This document shows positions 10,058 through 19,816 of a stretch of DNA of 64,000 bases, one piece after another (position 1 is the stretch's first letter; each line of letters opens with the position of its first letter). The stretch comes from Candidatus Scatovivens sp. (GTDB lineage: Bacteria; Bacillota; Clostridia; TANB77; CAG-508), in NCBI GenBank assembly GCA_045646345.1, contig JAZRKN010000001.1:224001-288000 (forward strand), given 5' to 3'. The notes under the pieces are model-generated. The model did not search any database. It worked only from the letters and a program-made list of their open reading frames with translations, and was not told the DNA's origin. The position numbers and the translations under genes are program-made.

Positions 10058-10405
10058 TTATAATAAACAATTTAAAGTTTTCTTAACTTCTTGAAGAGAT
10101 TTTAACGTTTTTTTGTCTTCAATATCTTTTTCTAATTTTTCAATTACTAATATTGATTTTTCTATTTTCTCTTCTTGCTCTATTATTTTTTTCATGAACC
10201 CTAATTTTTCTTCGTATTCGAAAAGATTGTTTTCACCTTTTTTTAAATTATCTCTAACAGCTTGTCTTGTTATCGTTTCATTTTCAGCTATTTCTGATAA
10301 AGATAAATCATTATTATAGTAGTCATCTAGAAGCTTGAATTGTTTTTCAGTTAATAGTTTTCCATAAGTGTCTAAAAGCATACTTATCTTAACATTTTTT
10401 TCCAT
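10058..10405 (-). CDS. ylxM: YlxM family DNA-binding / SRP-associated protein
   Basis: YGKLLTEKQ...DLSLSEIAE...TRQAV; upstream of ffh. Confidence 0.92.
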   Translation of the reverse strand: MEKNVKISMLLDTYGKLLTEKQFKLLDDYYNNDLSLSEIAENETITRQAVRDNLKKGENNLFEYEEKLGFMKKIIEQEEKIEKSILVIEKLEKDIEDKKTLKSLQEVKKTLNCLL

Positions 10406-10511
10406 TTGACCACCTCTTAATTTGTAATGCTAATATACTTTACACCTTTTAAAGGCTTTTGTCAATACTTTTTTCTTATTTTTTACTAATTTTTCTGTAT
10501 TTTTAGGGTTT

Positions 10512-12047
10512 TTATCTTTCTATTTTCATTATTCCTCTAAATCTACCTTCTTCATTTGATTTAGAATCTTTTGTAATTTCATTTTCTGATGTTATTAAAT
10601 CGTAAATTCCCGATATATTATTACTATTTGAATATCGTATATTTTTCTTAAATCCTTCTTCTTCAGGAGAACCTCCTGCATAATGAACTAAATCATTTGA
10701 AATTTCAATCCCCAAGTATTTTGAAAAATCTAGGGCTGCCTTTTTTTCTTTTTCTCCCATCACATCAAGGTATTTTCTTAACAATTTGTCAGGATAATTT
10801 TTATATACATTTATCGCATCTTGAGTTTCTATAAAGCTTAATGTTTTTCCTGGTTTTATATTTATTTTATCTTCTTCAAAATTCGTTTGATATTTTGCAA
10901 TCCATATACCTTCTAATTCATTTTTATTTGAAAATGCCTCTTGAATTTTATATCCAGTTAGAACAGAATTATTAGTTGGGATTTTCGTTAATTGATTTAC
11001 AAATTGAATATCAATTCCCTCTGTTGTTTCTTTATACAAATATCTTGGAATCCAAACCCAATAATTCCCATCTTTTGTTTTCGCATTTGCCATATATAAC
11101 TTTTGTTTTCCATAATTATACCAGTTGCTATCATACTCTGATGTTATTTGTTTTTCAACTCCATATTCATCCCAATAAATTCCCATCATATTATCTAATA
11201 ATACCGGTGGATTACATAACACCACTTCTAATTCTACTTGTGGATATTGAACAAAATTTGTATCTTCTACCACAAATATATATTTTCCTGAAACATCTAT
11301 ATTAAAATATATTGCATTTTCACTCTCTACATAAGAATAACTTTGAAGATTACTGCACATTTTTTTATTTTCATCATTATTTAAATAGTAGTATGCCTTT
11401 AATATTTTTGTATTACTATTTTTTAATGATAATCTAATTTTTTGTGTCAATCCTCTATTTTCAATTATCTGTAATTCTGGAACAATATTACTATTATAAA
11501 ACGAAACTAATTTCAATTTTTCGCCAAATTCACTATCATATTGTCTATATATCGTTTTTCCATTCTCTTTTATTCCATCTTTTGATATTACATTTCCAGT
11601 ATTAAAGTTTATAATAATATATAAATCTGTATTTTTTATCTTAAATATTTCTTCTATATTTTCAGGTGTAAAATAAAAATAATTAGTTATAATTGTATCT
11701 GTACTTGGATTCCAACTTTCTATGGTCGTTAAAGATAGCTCATCTATAATTTTTTGAAAATCTTCCATATGTATATTATTTTGTGAATTTGCACTTATAA
11801 ACCCTAATGATTTTAAATATGAATTAAAATTACCTGCTTCATTCGGATTATATTCTTCCCATAATTTATATTTACTTCTTATTACATTAACTTCTTCTTG
11901 AATCACTTTCATTTGTGCAACGAATTCATTAATTTTACTATTTGCAATAGCTTTATTTATTGCAAGCATTCCAATCACTAATACAAATATTATTATTAAA
12001 ATTAATCCTAGAAGTTTTATTAAAGTAACTCCACTTTCTTTTTTCAT
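10512..12047 (-). CDS. Type IV pilin-like N-terminus protein with large extracellular domain
   Basis: MKKESG|VTLI plus hydrophobic helix (prepilin-like); WVWIPRY, GIWIAKY and GIYDL motifs. Confidence 0.6.
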   Translation of the reverse strand: MKKESGVTLIKLLGLILIIIFVLVIGMLAINKAIANSKINEFVAQMKVIQEEVNVIRSKYKLWEEYNPNEAGNFNSYLKSLGFISANSQNNIHMEDFQKIIDELSLTTIESWNPSTDTIITNYFYFTPENIEEIFKIKNTDLYIIINFNTGNVISKDGIKENGKTIYRQYDSEFGEKLKLVSFYNSNIVPELQIIENRGLTQKIRLSLKNSNTKILKAYYYLNNDENKKMCSNLQSYSYVESENAIYFNIDVSGKYIFVVEDTNFVQYPQVELEVVLCNPPVLLDNMMGIYWDEYGVEKQITSEYDSNWYNYGKQKLYMANAKTKDGNYWVWIPRYLYKETTEGIDIQFVNQLTKIPTNNSVLTGYKIQEAFSNKNELEGIWIAKYQTNFEEDKINIKPGKTLSFIETQDAINVYKNYPDKLLRKYLDVMGEKEKKAALDFSKYLGIEISNDLVHYAGGSPEEEGFKKNIRYSNSNNISGIYDLITSENEITKDSKSNEEGRFRGIMKIER

Positions 12048-12114
12048 ATTTTCTCCACCACAATCGTAATAATAAAAAAGACTTCCTATTTAAAGAAGTC
12101 CTTTTATTTCAAAA

Positions 12115-12915
12115 TTATTGTCCGTAATATTGTTGCATCATTTGATACATGTATTCACTATAATCAAATGCTTCTTGAATTTCAGGATTTCCAAAATCAA
12201 TTCCTTTTGTATCAACAGTTGCTGATTTTATTACTGGATATGTTTTAAATCTTTGAATTGCTTCATCTTCAACTTGATCAGATTCATCAGAATCTTTTGT
12301 TAATATTTCACCTTCATTGTAAAGTTTTTCAACTAAATCTAATCCATCTATTATCTTACCAAAAGCTGCATAAGCACCATTTAGTTTTGCTGAATCAGAA
12401 TTCATCATTATAGCCATCTGTGTATTTCCTGAATTATAGCTTTCTTCTGTTAATCCTGTTCCATAATCATTTCTTAATAATGTTACAGTTCCTTTTTCAT
12501 GATTTAATGTATTTTTATCAAATCCATTTAAGAAAAATTCACCAGCAATTGAATAATTATAATCTGCATCAGATCCACTTTCTATTGTATCTATCATGTA
12601 AGAAGCTTTAACTTCTGGAACAACACTATCATCTTCTCTTCCTACATATACACAAATTTCATCTTTTCCATATACCACTTTATCTGTATAAAATCCGTTT
12701 TCAACTAATCTTATTATATTTTTTACTGTATTAGGTGCATATTCTGGGTATAATTCCATTTTTATCGTACCTAAATTTTCAATTTCAAAAGTTACTTCTG
12801 GGTGAACTATTTCTGTGTTCATTGCTCTTGCAAATTGGTATACTACTCCTCCCATTGCTAAAACCACTACTATTGCCACAAGCAACCAAAAACAAATTTG
12901 TATTTTTTTTCCCAT
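12115..12915 (-). CDS. Membrane-anchored cyclophilin-type peptidyl-prolyl isomerase (divergent)
   Basis: GTIKMELYPEYAPNTV, YSIAGEF, LNGAYAAFGK; usual FHRVI catalytic segment not evident. Confidence 0.8.
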   Translation of the reverse strand: MGKKIQICFWLLVAIVVVLAMGGVVYQFARAMNTEIVHPEVTFEIENLGTIKMELYPEYAPNTVKNIIRLVENGFYTDKVVYGKDEICVYVGREDDSVVPEVKASYMIDTIESGSDADYNYSIAGEFFLNGFDKNTLNHEKGTVTLLRNDYGTGLTEESYNSGNTQMAIMMNSDSAKLNGAYAAFGKIIDGLDLVEKLYNEGEILTKDSDESDQVEDEAIQRFKTYPVIKSATVDTKGIDFGNPEIQEAFDYSEYMYQMMQQYYGQ

Positions 12916-12940
12916 TTTATCCTCCTTTATCTTCTGCGCA

Positions 12941-14311
12941 TTATTTTAGCCCTAAATATTTCATTGCATCAATAATATTCTTTGCGCCTATTATATCTAA
13001 TTTAAAATTTTCTTTCAATAGTTTTTTATTACTTTCTGGAATTATGCAAGTTTTATATCCCAGTTTTTCAGCCTCTTTAATACGTTTTTCTATCATATTA
13101 ACACTTCTTATTTCGCCAGTTAGTCCTACTTCTCCAATTACTACTACATCTTCTTTTATACTAATATTTTTAAAACTAGAAGCAGCTGCCAAAACAATAC
13201 CTAAATCTAACGCTGGTTCATTAACTTTTATTCCACCAACTAAATTAATATAAACATCTTGAGACCCAAGATTCATTCCTGCTCTTTTTTCTAAAACTGC
13301 CATAAGTAATGTTAATCTATTATAATCTATACCGTTTGCATTTCTTCTAGGCATACCAAATACAGTTGGTGTTGATAACGCTTGTACTTCTAGAACCAAT
13401 GGTCTTGTCCCCTCTTGACTAACAACAATTACTGAACCACATGGGTTTCCTTCCCTTTCAGAAATCAAAAGTTGAGAAGGATTTGTTATCTCAACTAACC
13501 CTTCATTTTGCATTTCAAACATCCCAATTTCATTTGTTGAGCCAAATCTATTTTTTACACCTCTTAAAATTCTATAAGAAAAATATCTTTCCCCTTCCAA
13601 ATAAAGAACTGTATCTACCATATGCTCTAATACTCTTGGTCCAGCTATATTACCATCTTTTGTAACATGACCAATTATTATTGTTGTTATAGCTTTTTGT
13701 TTACACATTTTCATTATTCTTGCTGTAATTTCTCTTACTTGACTTACACTTCCAGCAACAGATGTTATTTCTTCTGAATACATTGTTTGAACAGAATCTA
13801 TAATAACAAATTTGGCTTCAGTATTTTCCAATGCAGCTTCTACATTATCTATATCCGTTTCTGCTAAAAATAATAAATTATCATTCTTTATTCCTAATCT
13901 ATCTGCTCTAGATTTTATTTGTTCTGCTGATTCCTCTCCAGACACATATAAAATTTTCCCATCAACTTTTACACTATTACAAATTTGAAGAATTAAAGTA
14001 GATTTACCAATTCCTGGTTCACCACCTAATAATGTTAAAGATCCAGTCACAAATCCACCACCAAGAACTCTATCTAATTCACCTAAATTTGTTTTAATTC
14101 TAAACGATTCCTTTTTTACAACTTCATTTAGTTTTACAACTTCACTTTTTGGTTTGTTTTTATCTTTTGATGAACTACCTGAACCACTTGTCACTATTTT
14201 TTCTTCAAAAAAAGAATTCCATTCTCCACATGCTGGACATTTTCCAAGCCATTTACTTGATTCATAACCACATCCATTACACACAAATACTGTTGTAGAT
14301 TTTTTTGCCAT
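12941..14311 (-). CDS. radA: DNA repair protein RadA/Sms
   Basis: CxxC...CxxC zinc finger, GEPGIGKST, KNRFG. Confidence 0.98.
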   Translation of the reverse strand: MAKKSTTVFVCNGCGYESSKWLGKCPACGEWNSFFEEKIVTSGSGSSSKDKNKPKSEVVKLNEVVKKESFRIKTNLGELDRVLGGGFVTGSLTLLGGEPGIGKSTLILQICNSVKVDGKILYVSGEESAEQIKSRADRLGIKNDNLLFLAETDIDNVEAALENTEAKFVIIDSVQTMYSEEITSVAGSVSQVREITARIMKMCKQKAITTIIIGHVTKDGNIAGPRVLEHMVDTVLYLEGERYFSYRILRGVKNRFGSTNEIGMFEMQNEGLVEITNPSQLLISEREGNPCGSVIVVSQEGTRPLVLEVQALSTPTVFGMPRRNANGIDYNRLTLLMAVLEKRAGMNLGSQDVYINLVGGIKVNEPALDLGIVLAAASSFKNISIKEDVVVIGEVGLTGEIRSVNMIEKRIKEAEKLGYKTCIIPESNKKLLKENFKLDIIGAKNIIDAMKYLGLK

Positions 14312-14473
14312 ACTTTATTCCTTTCACGATTTAATTTTATTTATATAAGATTTTATTTACAATTTGTTTTATCATTTGAACTATATCACATTTTGTACTT
14401 ATAAGCTATATTTTTTACCTAAAAACGTTTCCAAATTTATAAAAAAATAGAGAGAATAATTTCTCTCTATTTT

Positions 14474-16375
14474 TTATAGTAAACCTTTTTCTAATAATTT
14501 TTCTAAAGTTAACAAATACATTGCATGGCTCCAAGTTAATCCTATAACCCATGATGGTTTCATAGCATCGTTGTTAACTTGTTCTCCTAAATAGCCATGG
14601 CCAGATGCTGAATTTGTAACAAAAGCAAAATTTTCTAATGCTTTTTCATTGTCTCCAGCTTCTAAATAATACCAAGCCATCCATAATGTTGCTATTGGCC
14701 ATGGATTATATCCTCCCATATATCCATCACCTTCATATCTTATATATCCACCTGTATATGTTCTTAATGTCATATTTATTCTTTCAATAGTATTTTTCAC
14801 TTTTTTATCATTAGGAGAAAACATTCTAAACGGAACTATTGCTCCTAATAAACTTATATCAATTTTTCTATCTTTTATATTTCTTACAAAAGATTTCTTT
14901 TCTTCGTCATAGAATGTTTTTAAACAATATTCTTTTATTTCTAATGTTTTTTGTTCTAAATTTTCAATTTGTCTTTTTAAACTATCAGCTTTTATTTTGT
15001 TTGTTTCTAGAACAGGCTTTATCTCCCCGTAAATTTTTATCATAGCAGAAAACGCTGCAAATATTGTTGATATAGAATAGAAAGAAACACATTCGCATTC
15101 TTCCCATAAATCATAACTTAGTTGAAATTTTCCTTTTTCATGCAATACATCTTCTATATATTTTTCAAGAAAACTTATTGCTGTTTCACACATTTTTAAA
15201 TTATCTTTTAAAAACTTTTTATTTTTAGTAACTTTATAATGTGCATATATTCCAAAAATCACACTCGCAGTTTCATCTATCTGATATCCCCAACATGGAG
15301 CTAATCTTCCATCAGTATAAAAACGTTGTTCCCACATACCATTCTTACTTTGTGTCATTTTACAAAAAATTGAATAAAATTTTTCAGTATCTTCATACAT
15401 TGAAATTACATCAAAAGCTTCTGTAACAAAAACTCCATCTCTTGGCCAACAATATGAATATCTTCCACATTTCGTTTTATCTTCATCTACTTCTATTCCA
15501 GCAGAAATACCACCAGTTTTTTCATGAACGATTAATGGGAATAATAAAACACTTCTATTGTATATTCTTTTCACTTTTGAATTAATATCTTTTTTATTAA
15601 TTTCTAATGAATCATGTTCTTTTAAATATCTTTTCCAATATTTAATTGTGTTATTTTTTAAATTTTGTACATCTAATTTCTTTATTCTTTCAATTTCATC
15701 ATCAAGTTCATTTAACATACATTTATTTCTATTTTTATTTATATAAACAAATATAGTTATTTCTTTTTCTTCACCTGGTTTCAATTTTTTTAAATTATAT
15801 GAAATACTTGAATCTGGTGACATTCCAATATAATCTTTTCCACCAATAGAACCTTGCATAAAATTATTTTCAGCACCATTAATTTGTTTCGATGATATTT
15901 TTTCATTTGAAAATGTACATACAGAAAAATCATGATTATATTGAATAAGTGTATCATTTTTCACAAATCCTGATGTATCATTATTTAAATTTCTTAATAT
16001 TTTTGAATATATCAGAAAATTAACATTTACTTCATTTTCATTCTCATTTTTAAAAACATAATTTTTAATCAACACATTTTCAGAAATTGGCACAAAATCG
16101 GTTTGTGTAATTCTTATTTTAAAATAAGAATTAAAAATGTGTGTTTGCAATACATTAGTATCTTTAATATATTCCTGAGAATAAGTGTTATTAATATCAT
16201 TATGCAAATATATTAAAGCAGAATCATTTACTTTTATTCCTGTATGATATGTATCTACAAATTGTTTATAATCTGCAGAACCATAAAACATTCTTATCAT
16301 TTCTCCTGATTTTGTAAAACTTGCTTTAATTTTTCTGTTTCCGACTATTCCATCATTAAAATATTTGGTTCGCAT
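14474..16375 (-). CDS. Glycoside hydrolase family 15 (glucoamylase/trehalase-like)
   Basis: YSYCWPRDG, QIDET, YDLWEE, GYIRYEGD, LTWSHA. Confidence 0.88.
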   Translation of the reverse strand: MRTKYFNDGIVGNRKIKASFTKSGEMIRMFYGSADYKQFVDTYHTGIKVNDSALIYLHNDINNTYSQEYIKDTNVLQTHIFNSYFKIRITQTDFVPISENVLIKNYVFKNENENEVNVNFLIYSKILRNLNNDTSGFVKNDTLIQYNHDFSVCTFSNEKISSKQINGAENNFMQGSIGGKDYIGMSPDSSISYNLKKLKPGEEKEITIFVYINKNRNKCMLNELDDEIERIKKLDVQNLKNNTIKYWKRYLKEHDSLEINKKDINSKVKRIYNRSVLLFPLIVHEKTGGISAGIEVDEDKTKCGRYSYCWPRDGVFVTEAFDVISMYEDTEKFYSIFCKMTQSKNGMWEQRFYTDGRLAPCWGYQIDETASVIFGIYAHYKVTKNKKFLKDNLKMCETAISFLEKYIEDVLHEKGKFQLSYDLWEECECVSFYSISTIFAAFSAMIKIYGEIKPVLETNKIKADSLKRQIENLEQKTLEIKEYCLKTFYDEEKKSFVRNIKDRKIDISLLGAIVPFRMFSPNDKKVKNTIERINMTLRTYTGGYIRYEGDGYMGGYNPWPIATLWMAWYYLEAGDNEKALENFAFVTNSASGHGYLGEQVNNDAMKPSWVIGLTWSHAMYLLTLEKLLEKGLL

Positions 16376-16400
16376 AACTTTTTTCTCCTTTGTTTTTTTA

Positions 16401-16574
16401 TTAAAGCATTTTAGCTGTTTCTATAAACATAAGAAGTAATACGAATAACAACATACTTGAAAATAGAACTATTGTAACTAATGCAGTTAGTGATATTGTT
16501 AATGGTTTCTTTGCAACAGCATCTCCATTAGTTACTTCTATTTCCGATTTATTTAAAACATTATCTTTTTTCAT
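16401..16574 (-). CDS. Unannotated 57-aa single-TM membrane protein
   Basis: Hand translation MKKDNVLNKSEIEVTNGDAVAKKPLTISLTALVTIVLFSSMLLFVLLLMFIETAKML; fills the gap between two co-oriented genes. Confidence 0.7.
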   Translation of the reverse strand: MKKDNVLNKSEIEVTNGDAVAKKPLTISLTALVTIVLFSSMLLFVLLLMFIETAKML

Positions 16575-16589
16575 AAGTTTCTCTCTTTT

Positions 16590-18239
16590 CTATTTCATTA
16601 AATCTTGAATTTGTTTTTGTATTTCTTTTACCCTATCTTCCAAATTCATCAATTCATTGTCATTTGTTTCTAAATTCTTTTTCATTACTACAGATTCCAT
16701 ATCTGCAATACTTTCTTTTAATTCTTCAATTCTATCAATAATATCTAATCTTCTGAATTCTTTTCTATATGCTTCAATTTCTTGTGTTTCTTCTAACAAT
16801 GCTGGTCCATCAACTCCTAATTCATAACTTTCTCCGAAATCAGGAATTGTAACTTTACATTCACTAGAATCTTCAATTTTTCTTTTTAATTCTTCTTGCC
16901 CTTCATATTCACCATGAACTAAAAATACATGTTTTGGTGGGTTTGTAAATGACCATATAAAATTCAACAACCATGTTTGATCTGCATGTCCTGAATATCC
17001 CTCTATATATTCAACTCTTGCGTTTATAGCAATTTCCTCACCAAATATTTTTACTTTTTCAGCTCCATCTACTATTGTTCTTCCTAAAGTTCCAGGTGCT
17101 TGATATCCAACAAATAAAATTGTACTGTTTGGATTCCATAAATTATGTTTTAAATGATGTTTAATTCTACCAACTTCGCACATACCACTAGCTGATAAAA
17201 TAATTGCAGGTCTATGATCTTCATTTAATGCTTTTGATTCATCTGCTGAAGGAGTAAATTGTAAACCTCTAAATTCTAGTGGGTTATCTCCTCTTTTAAT
17301 TTTTTCTTGAATTTCTTCTTCAAACAATTCTGTATTTTTCTTAAATACTTCTGTTGCTGAGATAGCTAAAGGACTATCTACATACACTGGAACATTCATT
17401 AATTTTTCATATTTTCTAGCAAATTCTTCATCTTGGCCTAAATCTTCTTTTAATTTATCTAATTCATATAAAATTTCTTGAGTTCTACCTACAGCAAAAG
17501 ATGGTATTATGACTCTTCCGCCTTTATCTAATGTTTCAGCAACTATATCCAAAAACATTGTTGCTTTTTCATCATTCCTCATATGCAATCTATTACCATA
17601 TGTTGATTCCATAATTAAATAATCTGCACTACTTATCATTGTTGGAGAATCTAATAAAGGTAAATCATTATTTCCTAAATCTCCTGTAAATACTGCTTTT
17701 GTTGTTTTTCCATTTTCTGTAGCCCAAATTTCAATAATTGCAGAACCTAACATATGACCTGCATCATTGAATCTAACACTTATATTTTCATCTACTTCAA
17801 CAATTTCATCATATTGAACTCTATGGAATATTTCTAAAGAATTGTAAGCTTCTTCTGCAGTATAAAGAGGTGGTAATGGTTCTAACCCTTCTCTCATTCT
17901 TTTTCTATTTTTCCATTCAATTTCAACTTCTTGGATATGTCCACTATCAGGAAGCATAATTTCACAAAGATCACAAGTTGCTTTTGTAGCATATATTGGA
18001 CCTTTAAATCCTTCATTATATAATTTAGGAATCCTTCCTGAATGATCTATATGCGCATGTGTTAACAACATGAAATCAATTTCCGAAACATCATATAAAA
18101 ACGGATCTGAATTTTCTAATTCTTCTGTTATTTTTCCTTGATACATACCACAATCTACTAAGAATTTTTTACCAGCAGCCTCTACTAAAAAGTTAGATCC
18201 TGTAACGGTTCTTGCTGCTCCTAAAAAAGTTATTTTCAT
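16590..18239 (-). CDS. MBL-fold beta-CASP ribonuclease
   Basis: THAHIDHSG, AGHMLG, ESTYG, SASGMCE, SGHAD. Confidence 0.92.
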   Translation of the reverse strand: MKITFLGAARTVTGSNFLVEAAGKKFLVDCGMYQGKITEELENSDPFLYDVSEIDFMLLTHAHIDHSGRIPKLYNEGFKGPIYATKATCDLCEIMLPDSGHIQEVEIEWKNRKRMREGLEPLPPLYTAEEAYNSLEIFHRVQYDEIVEVDENISVRFNDAGHMLGSAIIEIWATENGKTTKAVFTGDLGNNDLPLLDSPTMISSADYLIMESTYGNRLHMRNDEKATMFLDIVAETLDKGGRVIIPSFAVGRTQEILYELDKLKEDLGQDEEFARKYEKLMNVPVYVDSPLAISATEVFKKNTELFEEEIQEKIKRGDNPLEFRGLQFTPSADESKALNEDHRPAIILSASGMCEVGRIKHHLKHNLWNPNSTILFVGYQAPGTLGRTIVDGAEKVKIFGEEIAINARVEYIEGYSGHADQTWLLNFIWSFTNPPKHVFLVHGEYEGQEELKRKIEDSSECKVTIPDFGESYELGVDGPALLEETQEIEAYRKEFRRLDIIDRIEELKESIADMESVVMKKNLETNDNELMNLEDRVKEIQKQIQDLMK

Positions 18240-18270
18240 ACTTGTACCTCCTCAATTTTCAAGTAAGCTT

Positions 18271-19794
18271 TTAGCTAAATAATTTTATTTTTCTTCTTTG
18301 TTTTACTTCCAAAGTTTTTTTAGTTATATTTACTTTTTTTCTTCCTTGTTTTTCAATAATGTCTTTATCGAAAACTCTTATTAACAAGCCATTCTCATCA
18401 GAATCAAAATATAACTTTGTTTTTTCTATTTCCATAATCTTAGTATCTATAGCATATTTTATAATTTCAAAATTCAAATTTATATCCATGCTAAGAATTC
18501 GAATAGCACCCATTTTGCAAAGCATTGTTATTGCTTTTTTCATAATCTTATCTACTTCATTATTTATTTCTTCTATTTCAACAATTGATTTTCCTTTTGA
18601 AAATCTCAAAGTCTTATAATATCTTAATTGATATAAAACATCTAATATTTCATCTCTTGTCTTCATTTTACTCATTCTCTTATCAATAAATGCTAAAAAT
18701 TGTTTTTGATTTTCAATAAGAATTTCTTCAAATGATTGTTTTGATGTATATATTTCATAAGATTTCATTAAAGCATCTTTTCTTTTGGTATAGTTTTCTG
18801 ATTTCAAAAGATAATCTATATCTTCGATTTCTTTTACTATTTTTTCTCTTTCATTTTCAAGCAAACTTTTATATCTCTTTAATGATTTTATTTTTTTCGT
18901 GCCGATATCTTTTGAGTTTATTTTTATAAATTCTTTTTCTAATAATTCTGGATCGTCTAAAACTTTATCGAATTTAGCAATTCTTTTTTCAAATTTTTGT
19001 TTTTTTATTTTTATTTCTTCAATATATTTAGGCTTGTCTTTCATCTTCTTTAAAAGTTTAATATCTTCTCTAAACTTTAAAGTTAATTGTTCTTTTTCTT
19101 TTGTAGAACTGTTAAGATATATTAATTTATAAAGATTATCCAAATATTTTTCATTACCTGTAAAATATTTAATATATTTTTTTGCTTCTTCTATAAAATC
19201 TCGTCTTGTAGAACCGTATATTCTCCATTCATACAAAAATTTTTCGCCTAATATTACAAGTAAATTTTGATAAATTAAATTATCTATATAAGTATATTTT
19301 TTATTGAAAGTCTTTTCCCAAGACCATCCTGTAAAATCAGATAATATCTCTACATTATTTTGTACGTAACCATTAACCAAAACATTTTGCATTTGTTTTT
19401 TAAAAGAAAATTCTTGATTTATATAAAAATATTTTGGAGATATTTCTGAAATTGCATAAAGTAATGATATTTCAGTTGGATATGTTAATATACTTCTCTC
19501 TTTTTCATTCGTTAGAGCTCTAACATCATTCTTTATAAGCATTTTAGCCTGATCGGAATCAGGCTCTACAGTTTTTACATTATCACAATATAATCTTATA
19601 ACTTCAATAAGTTCGTTTAAAAAATCTTCTTTCGTTCTCACACATTTTTTTACTTGCATAAAATCTGTATAAGATATTTCTATTTTATAAATCATACTAA
19701 AAAGAAGGTTTTTTATGTTCGACGAAAAATATTTTCTATCTAATATTTCTTCTAGCTCTATATTATAGTCTTTTAGTTTAGAAAATAGCCCCAT
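18271..19794 (-). CDS. Hypothetical protein, Lys/Glu-rich coiled coil
   Basis: 507-aa ORF with AGGAGG RBS; no family recognised. Confidence 0.75.
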   Translation of the reverse strand: MGLFSKLKDYNIELEEILDRKYFSSNIKNLLFSMIYKIEISYTDFMQVKKCVRTKEDFLNELIEVIRLYCDNVKTVEPDSDQAKMLIKNDVRALTNEKERSILTYPTEISLLYAISEISPKYFYINQEFSFKKQMQNVLVNGYVQNNVEILSDFTGWSWEKTFNKKYTYIDNLIYQNLLVILGEKFLYEWRIYGSTRRDFIEEAKKYIKYFTGNEKYLDNLYKLIYLNSSTKEKEQLTLKFREDIKLLKKMKDKPKYIEEIKIKKQKFEKRIAKFDKVLDDPELLEKEFIKINSKDIGTKKIKSLKRYKSLLENEREKIVKEIEDIDYLLKSENYTKRKDALMKSYEIYTSKQSFEEILIENQKQFLAFIDKRMSKMKTRDEILDVLYQLRYYKTLRFSKGKSIVEIEEINNEVDKIMKKAITMLCKMGAIRILSMDINLNFEIIKYAIDTKIMEIEKTKLYFDSDENGLLIRVFDKDIIEKQGRKKVNITKKTLEVKQRRKIKLFS

Positions 19795-19816
19795 AAAAAA
19801 ACCTCCTTTGTATATT

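Noticed and set aside
12735-13253. 172-aa plus-strand ORF
   Set aside because: Antisense shadow of radA and the cyclophilin gene; same reasoning applies to the other short antisense ORFs in the track
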